Positions 22,674 through 35,889 of a stretch of 64,000 bases of DNA are shown here, piece after piece (positions within the stretch are counted from its first letter, which is position 1; every line of letters starts with the position of its first letter). The notes under the pieces were generated by a model. That model searched no databases, was not told the origin of the DNA, and saw only the letters and a program-made list of their open reading frames with translations. This stretch comes from Amoebidium appalachense. Lineage: Eukaryota > Protista > Ichthyosporea. The position numbers and the translations under genes are program-made. The stretch covers positions 10,295,355 through 10,359,354 of the forward strand of contig CAVNZM010000006.1 of the NCBI GenBank assembly GCA_963693365.1. Direction: 5' to 3'.

Positions 22674-23488
22674 GGCTAGCCACAGGAGATCGGTAAAACC
22701 AACCTTTAAATACTTCTTTTATAACAGCTACTTGAATGGTCACAAAACTTGATTAACTCTCTAAAAAATAAAAAGCTCTTATTTATAGTTTATAAACTCT
22801 ATTATCATTTACATTTTGCGGTTCCTGTGACGGTCACGTGGATCATATTTTTGGGTCGGTTCGAGTCGAACCTTTCATGATCGTCGGGTCACACCAGCGT
22901 GCCGGTACCGGGACCCGGGTACACGTGTAGAACGCGGTGATCCAGCTAGAATGCGTTGTTCTACGATAGTCAATACTGTCTGACATCTGAGTGCCGGCCG
23001 ATGCCATGCTGGCGGATGATGGCCGCACAAGTCACGCCTTTGTCTAGCTGTCTAGTATACAGCAGATTCCTGTGCGCAAGTTGAACAGAAACTTAATCTA
23101 CAGAAAATGAGGGTAATCACGTCCGGATGATGTATGTAGCCAACCAAAGCTGGCCCATGGCCATCTTCAACCGGGGCCGATCGATATCTCGAGGGCCCGA
23201 AGCCCCGAACCAATTGGGGGCCCCTTGGGTGGGTGAGTGGGCGGGTGGGTGGGTTGGGGGGAGGGGAAAGGGGGCGGAGGGGGGGGGGGGGGGGTAGGTG
23301 TTAATATTATTAGTGTGGCTGTGTTGCATCATCGAGCTGGGATCAGGAGTCAGACACGAGGTGTTTGTGCCGGTACCGGTAAGGGATCACCTTTGCCTCC
23401 TGGACAACATTGAGAGAGAGGAGCGTGGGGAGGCCGGCCCCGGGGGAAGGGGGAGGAGAATTCCCCGAGGGATTGAGGGGGAGGAGGA

Positions 23489-23536
<48 letters not shown>

Positions 23537-23815
23537 CTCCACAAGAACGAGGCTCAGGCCGGGGGTAAGAGGAGGGGAATGGGTGGAGGAGGAGGCTTTC
23601 GACCATGTTGAATTACCTTGAATGACCTCGGATCATGCGCATGCCCCAGAGATGTTGTTACACTTTCGCAGCTATGATTGTCGATTCTTTTAAGTTGTAA
23701 AATAGTCATACCTTCACTCTGCGTGTGTGTGTATGTACGCGTGCGTGCGTACGCGTGTGTGTGCATGTGGGTGTGCGCATGCGCGTGCGTGTCCGTGTGT
23801 TGGGGTGGGGGGAGC

Positions 23816-23852
<37 letters not shown>

Positions 23853-24054
23853 CTTAGGCCTAGTTAGGTGCTAATTAGGTCTTCAACTAAAGTTTTAGGT
23901 TTGCCTTATTACGTATGTGTGGGGGGGGCGGGAGGGTTGGTGGAGTAATGTCATTGTTTCAGGCTTTTTAAAACCAGGTCTCTGCCTGGCGGTTGAGTTT
24001 GCAAAAAAAAAAACAAAAAAAACAAAAAAAAAAAAACATTGAAAGGGAGGGGGT

Positions 24055-24088
<34 letters not shown>

Positions 24089-24459
24089 CTAGGTAAATGA
24101 AACTTTCTATAGCTATAAGGTATGCCATGTAGATAAAGATTGATGGTACACAAACAACCACCCCAAAACCACATGTAAACAGAAAGATAGAGCCCCATCG
24201 AAGCCCAAAACACACACACACACACACCCCACCCACCCACAGCATGCCCCGACTGTAGGCACACCCACAGGAACACATAGCCGTGGCAAACTCGGCTATT
24301 AGATTGGTACACGGTAGCCAAACACCACTTTCAAAATCACATCCATGACCCCACCACCAGACCCCAGCATACCGTGACCCAGGCCCACCGTAAACAACAC
24401 CAACAAAATGTCCACCGTATTTAACACCAACATTACACCCTGCATTCCACCACCGTAGA

Positions 24460-24736
24460 TGAACCAATGAGAGCCCGTCTTTAAAGTTTTAATGGTAGGT
24501 TTTGAGTGGAGGGGAAGCCTGGTGCTACCCACCGGCAAGGCTGGGGTGAAAAACCTGGGTTAAGTGTGTACAATAGTTAGGATTAATATTGGTGTGTTAG
24601 CTTAGCTGATGGCACCGGAGCACCGTAGCTAGAGTATAGTCGGTGCTGGGTGGAAGACGGTACTACAGTAGTTCCTCTGAGAGACCCTGAGGGACCCTCC
24701 GGGAACGAAACAGGATTCAAATAAATAAATAAAAAA
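24460..24736 (+). repeat. Dispersed element family copy B
   Basis: TGAACCAATGAGAGCCCGT..AGGTTTTGAGTGGAGGGGA..CTGGGTTAAGTGTGT..GCACCGTAGCTAG..GTAGTTCC..GGGAACGAAACAGGAT..AAATAAA is colinear with the reverse complement of 25062-25316. Confidence 0.75.
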
Positions 24737-25061
24737 CCACAAACAACAATTCAGTCCGACCTTCGTGCACCTTATATAACGCTGAGGGGATGCACCGAGA
24801 AAACCACTCCCCCCCCCCCCCCTCCCCCCGACCCTCCCTTTTCTCTCTAGATCTCCCCCTCTATCCCCCCCCCCCTCCCCCCCTCCCCCCCCTCCCCCCC
24901 CCCCCCCCTCGCCCCCCGCTTCCTCCCCCGTCCCCCCGATACATGAGACTGGTCTCTGGACAGCAATTAAACAGCGTAACTTGTGACCCCGTACCCCGTA
25001 CAGGGTACGTGCAGATTCAAAAGATAATGTGTGTGCCGTTGTGGTAACCCCTTTTCCCTTG

Positions 25062-25385
25062 TTTTATCCTGTTTTGCCCACAAACGACACCTCTCGGAGT
25101 GGTGTCCCATATAGGAACCACCGCATCCCTCTAAGGACAGACAGCAGCCTAGTTAGGGTGCCAGTGGTGCGTCAGTAAATTTACACACTCTCACCAACTC
25201 TCGCTACTAGTAGCACACACTGAACCCATGGTTTTAATTTGGCATTGGGGAGCAGTAGGTCTCCCCTCTACTCAAAACCTGCTACTCAAATATAACCACG
25301 GGCTCCCATTGGTTCAACACGAAATGCTAATGGTTGGTGCTGTGGCAATGTGGCAAGCTGCTTGCCAAACTTCTGGTGGCAACCA
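25062..25385 (-). repeat. Dispersed element family copy D (inverted relative to copy B)
   Basis: Minus strand reads TTGCCA x3, TGAACCAATGGGAGCCCGT..AGGTTTTGAGTAGAGGGGA..ATGGGTTCAGTGTGT..GCACCCTAACTAG..GTGGTTCC..GCAAAACAGGATAAAA. Confidence 0.75.
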
Positions 25386-26425
25386 ATAACGGGGATGCCT
25401 CTTTTCAAAGTTTAAAGACTCTCTCAGTAAAAATTTTTATAAATAGAATAATTAATGGTGTATACGGATGTGGTATGGGTAAGGGTGATGGTCGAATGTT
25501 AAGGGGGTTTCTTTTAATTTTTCGGGCCGCACCGGGTCAGAGGGAATTCTAGCTATATGATTGGTGTGCTGCACATCAGCTGCGCACTATCGTTTTGCCC
25601 GCAGCAAGGTTCAGATGTGCCATAATACAACAAAAAAGAAAAAGAAAAGAGAAAAAAAGAAACGAAGAAGGGAATAATAATAATAAAGCTTTGGAAAGAA
25701 AGTTGCAGTTCCGAATGATATCGTGATTTATATGCTGAACAAATGGCTTGACCCGGATGTGCTGGAATGGGGACAATTAATCGGCCTAAAAAAAACCCCC
25801 TTTGACACCGAGTATTGTCAAGTTGCTCTGCACGTGCCGATTTTTAAACGTGCTACATGCTAATGGCCAGGGGGTTTGTGGGGGGGGGGGGGGGGGGGGG
25901 GGGGGGAGGGGGGGGGGGAGGGGGGGGGGGGGGGGGCCGGGGGGGGAGGAGGAAAGGTAAGAGTGTTATGGCGGGGCAAGAGGAGGGGAAAGAGGGGTTG
26001 GGGGAGGGGGGGAGGGAGGGACAAGCAGAATGGCAAAGAATTCCAAGCTCTGTGTTTTTTTGCTGCCATTTAATCGCTATGTCCATCTCAGCTAATGGCC
26101 GCACCGGATACTAAGTTATGCTGCCAACCTGCTTGGGGAGTCTATTGTGGGAGCCTGTTCTATCATAATCTGCTATGAACTTCTAAGACTTCTCATTAAA
26201 TTAAACATACAGAGAGTGATTTTTTTTAATAAAAAAAGGTTGGCACCAGACGAGCCTTTTGCCACCAAGGTTCCACACCCACTTTTAAATGACATCTGTT
26301 CTATGAAAATCACTAACAATAAAACCATATTTAAAAACAACCTTACAAGCATCGACATTTTTAATAGGAAATGCTAGGCGCATGTCATGCAGCCATATTT
26401 CTTAAAGCACTGTTTCTTGTCGAAC

Positions 26426-27828
26426 CTATTTTCCATCCTTTCCATCCGCACCCTTGCTCTTAAGTGCGTATCCACTATCACTCTTTGCATCGAACGACTC
26501 CCCGGCAAAAGACGAAGGGCTAAGTGCAGCCACCATCAAATACACTCCCAGCCCAAACACTTCAATCCCAACGAGCAGGCAATGCCACGACAAAACACGC
26601 ACACCCTCAGGAAGAAGAGAAGTGACGGGGGCGGTAAGACCAAAGCTTGAAAGGGAAATGATAAAGAGTTGTGGTGTTTGGATGGCAAGGAAGAAAATGA
26701 GCGAGAGGGCACGGCACTTGCTAGGCCCGTTGGTGGTCTTGAGGGACAGACACAGGTGGGTGATGGCCACTAGACTGCTCACAAGGAGAATCAACTGGGG
26801 ATAGGGGGGCAGTGGGTTAGTGCAAGCTTGTGGTGTCTTCTACTGTAGGCGCACTGTCACAGTGACATGTGATATGGTGGGAACATGCGCGGTGCGGGGA
26901 GAGGGGGGGGGCCAGGAGGAGGGGGGGGGGGGGGGGGGGTTGGAAGAGGGGGGGGGGAAGGGGGGGGGGGAGAGTAGAGTGGGAGGAGACGTGGGGAGAG
27001 GGTGTATGCAGAACCTGTGTGCACAATAACGTCACATCAACGACAGGCCTCCATACTAAGAAGTCAAGAAAGCCTTGTGTTAGATGCATGCACACATTTG
27101 TTTTACGTATGGGTTAGCTCATTTGCTTTTGGTGGGTGGGTGTGTGTGGGGGGAGGGGGGGGGGGGGGGGGGGTTTGCGGGGAGTTAGGGGGGGGGAGGG
27201 GGAGGATAGGTAGATATTTGGTGGGGAGGAAGGAGGAGAAGGGAGGGAGGGGGGTAGGGGCGAGGGGGGGGGGGGGGGGAGGAGGGGGGGGGGGGGGGGG
27301 GCGCGGGATGGGGAGGCAGGGGTAAGCATGGTACAAGCAGTACCTGCAGGTAGAAGTATGCCCGGGCCACATCAAACTCGGCCATGCCCAGCAGCTGCTT
27401 CTTGCCGCTGGCCCCGGCCACAACCACAGCCACGGCCCCAATCAGCACGGCAGCAAACGCATACTGGAGTACCAGTGCCCACTTTCTCAGCGACCACGTG
27501 CTATCCGTGCCACGTGCAAGCAGGCGCGTGAACAGAACAATGATGCAAAGAGATAAGGCAGACTGGAGCAGATCGAAGAGGGCCGGCAGGAGGTCGTTGG
27601 AGGTGAGGGTGTGCCTCTTGAGGATGACGTCACTGACCACCCGCTGGGTCATGACGGTCAGCCAATTAGCTACGTGGTAGCCCACAAACAGACCATATAT
27701 GGCAAGTACCGTGCGCCGTGGCCCGGGCTGCTCGATATCCTGTGGGAAGCAAGAGAGGTGTAAGTGCTGGACAGTTGTGAAAGAGTCGTGCACCTGTTGA
27801 TGAACATGCTCCTCCCTGGCCCCTTCCC

Positions 27829-27859
<31 letters not shown>

Positions 27860-27970
27860 CTTTCCCCGCCCTCCCACCACCAATACACACACGTACACTG
27901 CTCTGAGGGCTACGAAGGGATGGTGTTTGTACAAGTTGATTTTTTTTATTTTTTTTATTATTTCTTTTTT

Positions 27971-28012
<42 letters not shown>

Positions 28013-28622
28013 AGAGGGAGAATGGACGTGGGCAGAAGAGAAGCCTAGAACAATTTCTCTAAACCTTTTGTTTTGTGTTTCATTCTGCAGGAAGATGGGG
28101 TAGAACGGAAGTGGCCAAGAGAAGGGGGGCCGGGGGGGGGGGGGGTTGGGGGTTGGGGGGGAAGGGTGGGGGGGGGGGGGGGTGCAAGGGTGTGTATGTG
28201 CTGGGTGCAGGTGTACCTTTTGGCGGGGCAGGCACATGCAGCAGATGGCACCCCATGATCTCAGCTGCATGAAGTGCAGTGCACCCACCAAAGGCAGCAT
28301 GAAGGTCAGCACCCCCATCACCGTCCAGAAGAAGGGCTCCCCCCCACAGCACCAGAATCCATCGGCATACGTCAAAACGTCGTCAAAACCCTTCTCGGAG
28401 CCTGCAATTTGCGATCGCCGGGGATTAGTTTAGTTGGTTACCTATTACGTGGTAGAGTTATAAAGGTGAAGCGAAATGTGGGCAGTGTAGGAATGGAAAT
28501 GTGCTGATGGCGTCACGGTATGAGGCTTTCATGCATGCACGTGTTTGTATGTGCTAATGTAGTGCTGGGTGTGTTACGGTACGGATTGCGCGCAGTAATA
28601 TACAAATCCGACTAATAATTAA

Positions 28623-28653
<31 letters not shown>

Positions 28654-29412
28654 CCCACTTCCACCCTCCCCCCCCCCCCCCCCCCCCCCCCCCTGCCCCC
28701 TGCAATCCCGATCCCATCCAAGGCTTACCGGCCATAAGCTCAATATTCTTCGACGTGCACCCTGCCGGGGCCGTAATGGGATTGCACCGTGAGGGTGTGC
28801 CGCCTGGCAGGCTGACCCAGTAGGGGGTGTACTGGTTGCGGTGCACAAAGTCCGTGTGGATGAAGTGGATGCCCAGGTCGATGATGGTGTCCCGCAGGGT
28901 GCCGTTGTTGGCTATGGCCTCCTTCAGGTCGGCATCGGCACGTGCACGGAAAAACACGTTGTCCTGTGGTTTGAGGGGGGAAGTGGGGGGGAAGGGGGCA
29001 GGGGTTTTTTGTTTTTAAAAAGAAATATTTTATTATTATTATTTTATTTATTTATTTTTTTTTGGGGGGGGGGGGGAGTGTCAACGATGTTAGTCTTTCG
29101 TAGTGGCATTTGTGACTGTTGTAGGGGCTCTAAAAGCATTAATCGGTGTTCCTCTGATGATGAATATTCGTGGGCCAGAAAGTTAGAAACAAAGTACGGG
29201 GTGGAAAAGGGAGGGAGAAGCAAGGATGAAAGCATTTGGACCGTGCAGGCGACCATAACAAGAACAACACTACTGCGAGAAGTTGGAAGTTGTGCTAAGG
29301 AAAGTGGGTGGCTTTATTGGGGTGGAGATTGGGAAGGCATGTTTGCGGAATGAAATGGAGTGAGAGATTCCGTAAGTGAATTAGGTCGAGGGGAGAGGCC
29401 TTGGGGAAGCCG

Positions 29413-29446
<34 letters not shown>

Positions 29447-30959
29447 GAAGAAGCAGCATACGTTGATGAGTGCGGTGACGTTCTGCAGGTAGTTTTGTGT
29501 CCACATGAGGTCGTACTCGAGGTTCTGCACAATGGCCCAGGGCTGGGCCTGGGCCAGGTGGTACTGGCTCATCTGCAGCACCGCCCTCTGGCCCATGATG
29601 GCTGTGCCGTACTCACTGAGACGGATGGCCTCCTCCTCCTTGGGTATCTGGATCATGCAGAATGCCTGTAGGGGGTGGGGGGGGTGGGTGGGAGAGGGGG
29701 GGGGGGAGGGGGGGGGGGAGATTGGGAGGCGGGGTCCATAGCAACTGTGTTAATATCCAATATTTGCACCTTTGAAACATACACTCCATGTTCTGTGTGT
29801 GTATATGTGTGCGTGCCTGTGTGGTTACGTGTGCGTGCCTGCAATTGAGTGCGTGTGCGTGCGTGAATGGGTGTGTGTGCTTGTGCACTGTTATGTCTGT
29901 GGGGGCTTGCAAGGTGTACAGGGCTTGTGCTAATGCATGTGTGTGTGTTTTGTGATGCGACGGTGTGTGAAGTTGTGTGTGTGCCTGTATGGGTGGTATA
30001 CGAGTGTGTGTGTGTGCAGGTGGGTGAGCCAGAGGCATGGGAGACACGGGAAGCCATTGCGATGTGTGGGTTTGGGGACGGGGGGTGAACGCTTGTGTAA
30101 TAGTATAGGCAGATGGGAAAGTGGAGAATCAGAGGGATGGGCATTTGAGCACATAGTCATTGTCGGTAGAACTGATGGCTGGGGACGATAATCAGGTGAA
30201 ATGGAGATCAAGAGATTGACCGGCGGGTGGGGTTGGGGGTGGGGGGGGTGGGGGGGGGTTTGGCTTTTTTCTCATTTGAAAGCGAGGGCATTTAAAGGTC
30301 ATGGATCGTGCTGCAATTCAAGAGCCAGCTGAGTGTGTGCTTGCTGTGATTCATCCCTATACTATGACGTGCACACTGTACCTTGCCACGGGTCTCTGCC
30401 AGGGTGGGCCATCCAGCTGCCCTGACAGCCTCCCGCAGGGTCTTGTATGTGCCGTTGCGTGTGATCATGTCATGCGTCACAGCCCGGTCTCCCCACACAG
30501 AAAGGAACTCGCTGTCAATCTTCGAGAGAACCTGTACGTGATAGGTGGTGAGTAAATAGTGGTTCAAGGTGTTTCTTTTCTAATAAATACACCGTAATCA
30601 TCTGCTGCTTGGTTGCATGCAGAGCCATGGCAAAAAGATATATCGAAACACACGCTGATTTTTTGCTGACTTCGGACCTTTAAAAAAAAAAAAAAGAGGG
30701 GGGGGGGGGGGGGGGGGGAGCCCGGGGGTTGCACATCTGAGCGAATTTCTCATCTCAAACTTTGCTTTTGCAGTTAAAACTCTAGAGCAAGAGCTAAAAA
30801 ACGAAGAACAGCAGAATAAACTAAGAAATACTATACGAGCTAGTTCTGTATGGCCGCTTTCTATGTGGGCAATATGAAATAATGGCGGTGCTGGGTTAAA
30901 TTGCATTAAAAACGATACCCCCCCCCTCCCCCCTCCCCTCCCCCCTCCCCCCTCCCCCC

Positions 30960-31011
<52 letters not shown>

Positions 31012-31520
31012 AAGAAGGAAAAAAGAACGGCCAGTAGAATACAATGCAAGAACAACGAGAAATCATCCTCTCTTTTTTCTCTCTTTAAATCCGGTCCTAC
31101 CTCATTCAGGGTGACTCCCTCGACCCCCTTAACCTCAACCATCAAAAACAGCGGGTGGTGGTCGAGGTGTGCGTCCGACCACGCCTTGACCTGCTGATGG
31201 CACTCCACAAAGGTGGTGCAGTGCACACCGGCATCATTTGGATGGTGGTAGTTGTACAGCGGCTGGCCCCTTTTGTACCACACATCAAACTCAAGACCAC
31301 GAGCACCGCGCTCCAGCTGCTCATACAAAGGAAGGTGTGTGTAGCGCACAAGTTCCTTGGTGACGATGGCAATGGCATTGGCTACGTGGTAGCTGTTGTG
31401 TGAGGCCTTCATCTGTATGTGGTTGACACGAAGGGCATTGTCTAGCAGGTACTCTGCGCAAGACACGGTGCTTGCCAGGCATGCCAGCCCGGCAAGCATT
31501 GCTTTCAAAAGGGGTGCCAT
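26426..31520 (-). CDS. Signal peptide, bacterial-type Ca-dependent PI-specific phospholipase C (PI-PLC-C1-like) domain, and ~6 C-terminal TM helices
   Basis: Exons 31520-31101, 30531-30382, 29665-29462, 28963-28729, 28401-28217, 27739-27344, 26794-26426 (a 72-nt in-frame intron at 26646-26717 is possible). Motifs: LRVNHIQMKASHNSYH, PLYEQLERGARGLEFDV, CTTFVEC..VKAWSDAHLDHHPLFLMVEVK, GWPTLAETRGK, RARADAD, IHTDF, YWVSLPGG..RCNPITAP. Confidence 0.85.
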
Positions 31521-33052
31521 TGCAGTTGTTGTGGTTTGGCTCTACACTGTATACTTGCGATTGTGTTGTGTGTGAAGAAGAATGTTACTATATGCACACC
31601 CGAAAAGAGCAACCCGTTTATGTTTCGCCAGTAGTGCAAAACGCAAACCATATATTTGCAGGTTCGTAATTAGTGCATAAACGGTTTACCTGCATTAGAG
31701 ACAGGTCACCGTGAAAGCGAGAACTTATATATGTTATTTTGCCTTGCTTGGGTGGTTCTGATATGTTGATGTTGAGCTTCGTTTGTTTGCTTTTGTAATC
31801 TTGCAGGCTGTGCGAGACGGTTGCGTAATTGGCTCTTTGTGCATCGTCCCGCATCTACCAATCATAAGAAAAATAAAAGAATGAATGCAATTGCCTGATT
31901 GGTCAGTCAGCCCGATTGAGATCACATGTAAATTCCATGAGCACACAAGACTACTAGGCCGGCATGCGGCACTGCCAGCTGGTGACCAGCACACTGTTAT
32001 TACTTTAATCGTAGGGTGCTGACATGCAAAAGTTTACAGAACCACGCAATAGGTTTGGTATATTAGAAGCATTTTCGAGCTATCTATCTACTTTGATAAG
32101 AGTAATTGTGAAATGGCATATAGTATGCACGGTGCAGCTGCATCAAGTTTCTGACAGTTTCAAACGTGAATTAGCACCCTGCGAAGTGGGGCCCATGTCT
32201 ATACCATGGTTACTGCAGGACCACAAAATATCCCTAAAACCATGAAAGAGGAGCCTATTTTTTCGTTTAGGCTGAGTGGATTTCCGTAGTTCTTCTGGAA
32301 GGGAAAAACTGATATAGTTAACCATCAGAACGGCAGGTGGCCCTCCAGGCTCAGTGGCGCTCGACAAAGCCCACCGTGCACAAATTACATACCCTGTAAA
32401 TTCCGATGCGTTGTAAACCAATCGAAACTCATCTGCAGTTGACCGAAAAAGGTTAAATTTAATTGGGTGACCGCGCTATCAACATGGTGATTGCTTTTTA
32501 TGATGCATAGCCAATCAAAGCGCGCCAAATCGAAGGTGGCTCACAGGCTTATCGCGAGCAGAAAACGAAGTTGCAGTTGTTTTTTTGTGAGTTGTCAGAG
32601 TATGAAAACCTGGCTTGTGGGCTGCAAAGTGTGTGTTACAGCCTGTTTTCAAACTGAAGTCATTAATGTTCTACAAGAAACAGGCAATAAGGAGCGTTTG
32701 TTGGTAGCCCATTCACGCCACTTCCCACAACACAACATCAGTTGGCCTTTCGGCCTTTCGTTATCACCCAACCGTGTCTGCCTGTTTTATGCTGCACTCA
32801 CTCAAGAGACTGTTATTTGCAAGTTTTTGCATCATTTGTAGCTCATCTGCCGAACAGTTTTCAGTTTGTTTTTTTTTTGACTTGAATAGGGGCAGAACTC
32901 TGCCCGAATAACACTGTTGTCAAATTATACAGCTTGGTATTCTTACACCCAACAATACACCTTCTCGTTTTTTCCCTAGTATCACTGTTTTAGTATAAGG
33001 TAATGAGTGGAGACACGCTCTTCCCAACGGGGAAGAGTGAAAGGGAGCCAAG

Positions 33053-34263
33053 ATGCACGATTTTGGGCAGCAGACACGGCTGGTGTACGGGTTTGAGGTG
33101 GACCCTATCAGCCTGATAGAGGGTGTGGTGGCCTGGAAGGACCTGAGAGAGAGGGGTCTGGCCCCAAACTTCAAAACGCTCCAGCACCTGGCCGCACAGA
33201 GGTAGGCCGGCCATGGTGCATCGGTTTTCTGTACTCCCATCGTTTCCTGTGCTGTGCCACCGTGGTGTCCACTTTATAAGGGTGCTCACTGCTTTCAGGG
33301 TGTTTTTGGTAGGCATTGATTTTAGTTCGATCCAACGCAGGGTGCTTCTCTCTGGGCTGGAGCATGCAGACTTGCCCGAGAACCTTGCGCTGCTGGTGAG
33401 CAGCATGAAGAAATCCGAAAAGGTCATATCCAAACAGGGCACCCGGTCACTTCCGTCTATGGGCACGGCCGAGAATGCCTTGGCAAAGGTGTGTGTGCAC
33501 AAAATCTTTCAATCCCTGAGGTGTTTACTCCAACGCTGGCACGCGCATGCAATCTTGTGTGTGCGCTCTGGTTGGTCGTAATATCCCTTTCCCCATGCTT
33601 CCTATCAAGCACGCACTACGAATTTTCTTGCTAAGATAAGGTGCACGGTGATTGAGAAACCAAAGCTGCGGCAGCACCTGCAGCAGCTTACTCTAACCTC
33701 TTCCTAGCCTCCACTAACTCCAACGATAATCCGTTCCTGGTTTGTTTGTGCCCTTGTGTCCTTTCCTCTCCCCCACGTTTGATCCCCCCCCGCCTCCCCA
33801 CACACGCACGCACACACACACACACACATTTTCACCCAAGATTTTTTTTCTCCCCTGAGCCTGCTTTCTTATTGTCCCTCAACCCTTTATGATGCTCTCT
33901 GCCCTCTGAGTCCCCCCTCCCCCTCCCCCTCCCCCCCCCCCCTTCCCCCCCCCAGGTTTCCTCCTAAAGGCCATATGACACTCCATCTCTCTATTTCTGT
34001 TGCTCTTCGTTCTTCATTCCCTCTTCTCATCATGGGCACTCTATCCTGCACAGGATTTCCACGAAGGCCGTATCAATGAGCGCCAGTATGTGGGTCGTGG
34101 GGAGGCCCCCCGGGAGGTGCGTCTGCACCGGCAGGCCCACGTGCTGCTCAAGAAGATGTACCGCTGCCCCGTGGAGCAGACAGACGCCACGGCATGCAAG
34201 TGCCCTGATGGGTTCGTGGCCCAGGTAGGCCCGTGTGTGTGTGTGTGTGTGTTGTGTGTGTGG

Positions 34264-34349
<86 letters not shown>

Positions 34350-34604
34350 ATGTCTGTGTGTGTGTGTGCGTGTGCGTGCATGTACATGTGCGTGTGTGGC
34401 GCGTGCGCGCGTGTGTGTAGGGTAGGTGTGTTATGGGTGTTTTGTGGCGGAGAGTAGGTGTGCGTGTATGGAGGTTTTGTAAATGTTTGTGTGGGTTTGT
34501 GTTCAGAATGGCTGTCTGTGTGTTTGCGGTTGTTGCATGAATTTTTGTGTATGCACCTGGTTGTTTTTCGTTGGCATGTACTTTTCTGCACATGTATGAA
34601 GCAA

Positions 34605-34638
<34 letters not shown>

Positions 34639-35016
34639 GGGGGTTCTGCAGGAAGGCTTGGCAGGTATACAGAAAAAACCGATGACTTTTTGGAAGGTGC
34701 ATGTAACATGAGTTGTTCTGATGTGTTGAGAGCCTGGTGGTGTTTCTTTCTTTCTTTCTTTCTTTCTTTCTTTTCTTTTCTTTTCTTTTCTTTTTCTTTT
34801 TTTCTTTTCTTTTTTTTTTTTTTTTGTTGGGGGAGAGGGGGGGGGAGGGGGGGGGGGGGAGGGAGGGACGGGGGGAGAAGTTGGGAGAGGATCACATCAG
34901 CTCATCCATGAACGCATGGGGAACAATTGTGTTGGTTACGTGTGCCTGCATGGCATGTGTGTGCTAGCTTTCATTCATTCTCGGGATTAGGAGGAAGGGA
35001 AAGGAGGGCCTGGAGA

Positions 35017-35075
<59 letters not shown>

Positions 35076-35240
35076 CGTGTGTTTGGGGGGAAAAGGGGGG
35101 GGGGGGGGGGGGGGAGGGGGAGGGGGGCAGGGGGAGGTCGACCTCTTTGCTTACCCTCTTAAAACACATGCTCACCGGAAAATAAGGCAGGGGGGTGATA
35201 TGCTGAGTGGTTTTGATGTGCCTCCCCCCCCCCCCCCCCC

Positions 35241-35292
<52 letters not shown>

Positions 35293-35317
35293 TAAAACAT
35301 TTTTTTAGTGTGTGTGT

Positions 35318-35355
<38 letters not shown>

Positions 35356-35857
35356 GGGTGTTACCAACGTTGAAATAATCAACAAGCTTCCTCCAGACTC
35401 CTTGTACTCCGGTAACTGTGCTTTTAGGCTGCGTGCTACCCGGAGAGAGCAACACTGACACTGTGTGGGTGCAGGCGCAGGCAGCAATAGTGGACATACT
35501 GCGGCACCACGGCCTGAACGTGCCCGTGGAGTTCATCTTTGTCGAGGGATACGATTTTGACGGCACTAATGGTGTGTGTTGGGGGGGGGGGGGGGGGGGG
35601 GTGAGGGGGGGGGGTGAAGGAGGACGGGGGGGGGGGGAGGGGGAGGGAGAGAGGGCCTTGAGTGGGTGTTTTTGCGTGTAGTGGTTGTATTCTGCATGGT
35701 GTGTGTGTGTGCGTGTGCGTGGGCTCGGGCGCAGGCGTATGGGCATGGACGTGGGCGTGCGAAGTTGTATGCCGCCCGTGCTTCAAAGTCTTCCTTCTTT
35801 CCTTCTTTCTTTCTTCTTCTTCTGGTTTCCTTTTGTGTGGTGGGTGTGGGTGTGGGT

Positions 35858-35889
<32 letters not shown>

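Noticed and set aside
24665-24720. Hammerhead ribozyme (CTGA...stem...GAAAC) in the repeat 3' end
   Set aside because: No CUGANGA directly 5' of the stem, and the other copies have AAAAC instead of GAAAC.
24495-24765. RNase P RNA resemblance (GGAGGGGAAGC ... ACAATTCAG)
   Set aside because: The ends do not pair to form P1/P4 and the element is multi-copy.
25066-25552. Helitron reading of the repeat family (a|TC start, CTAG end)
   Set aside because: The subterminal hairpin is weak, CTAG is not followed by T, and no equivalent end was seen in the other copies.
26646-26721. GC-AG intron in the last PI-PLC exon
   Set aside because: It would be 76 nt and shift the frame; a 72-nt GT-AG intron or no intron keeps the frame.
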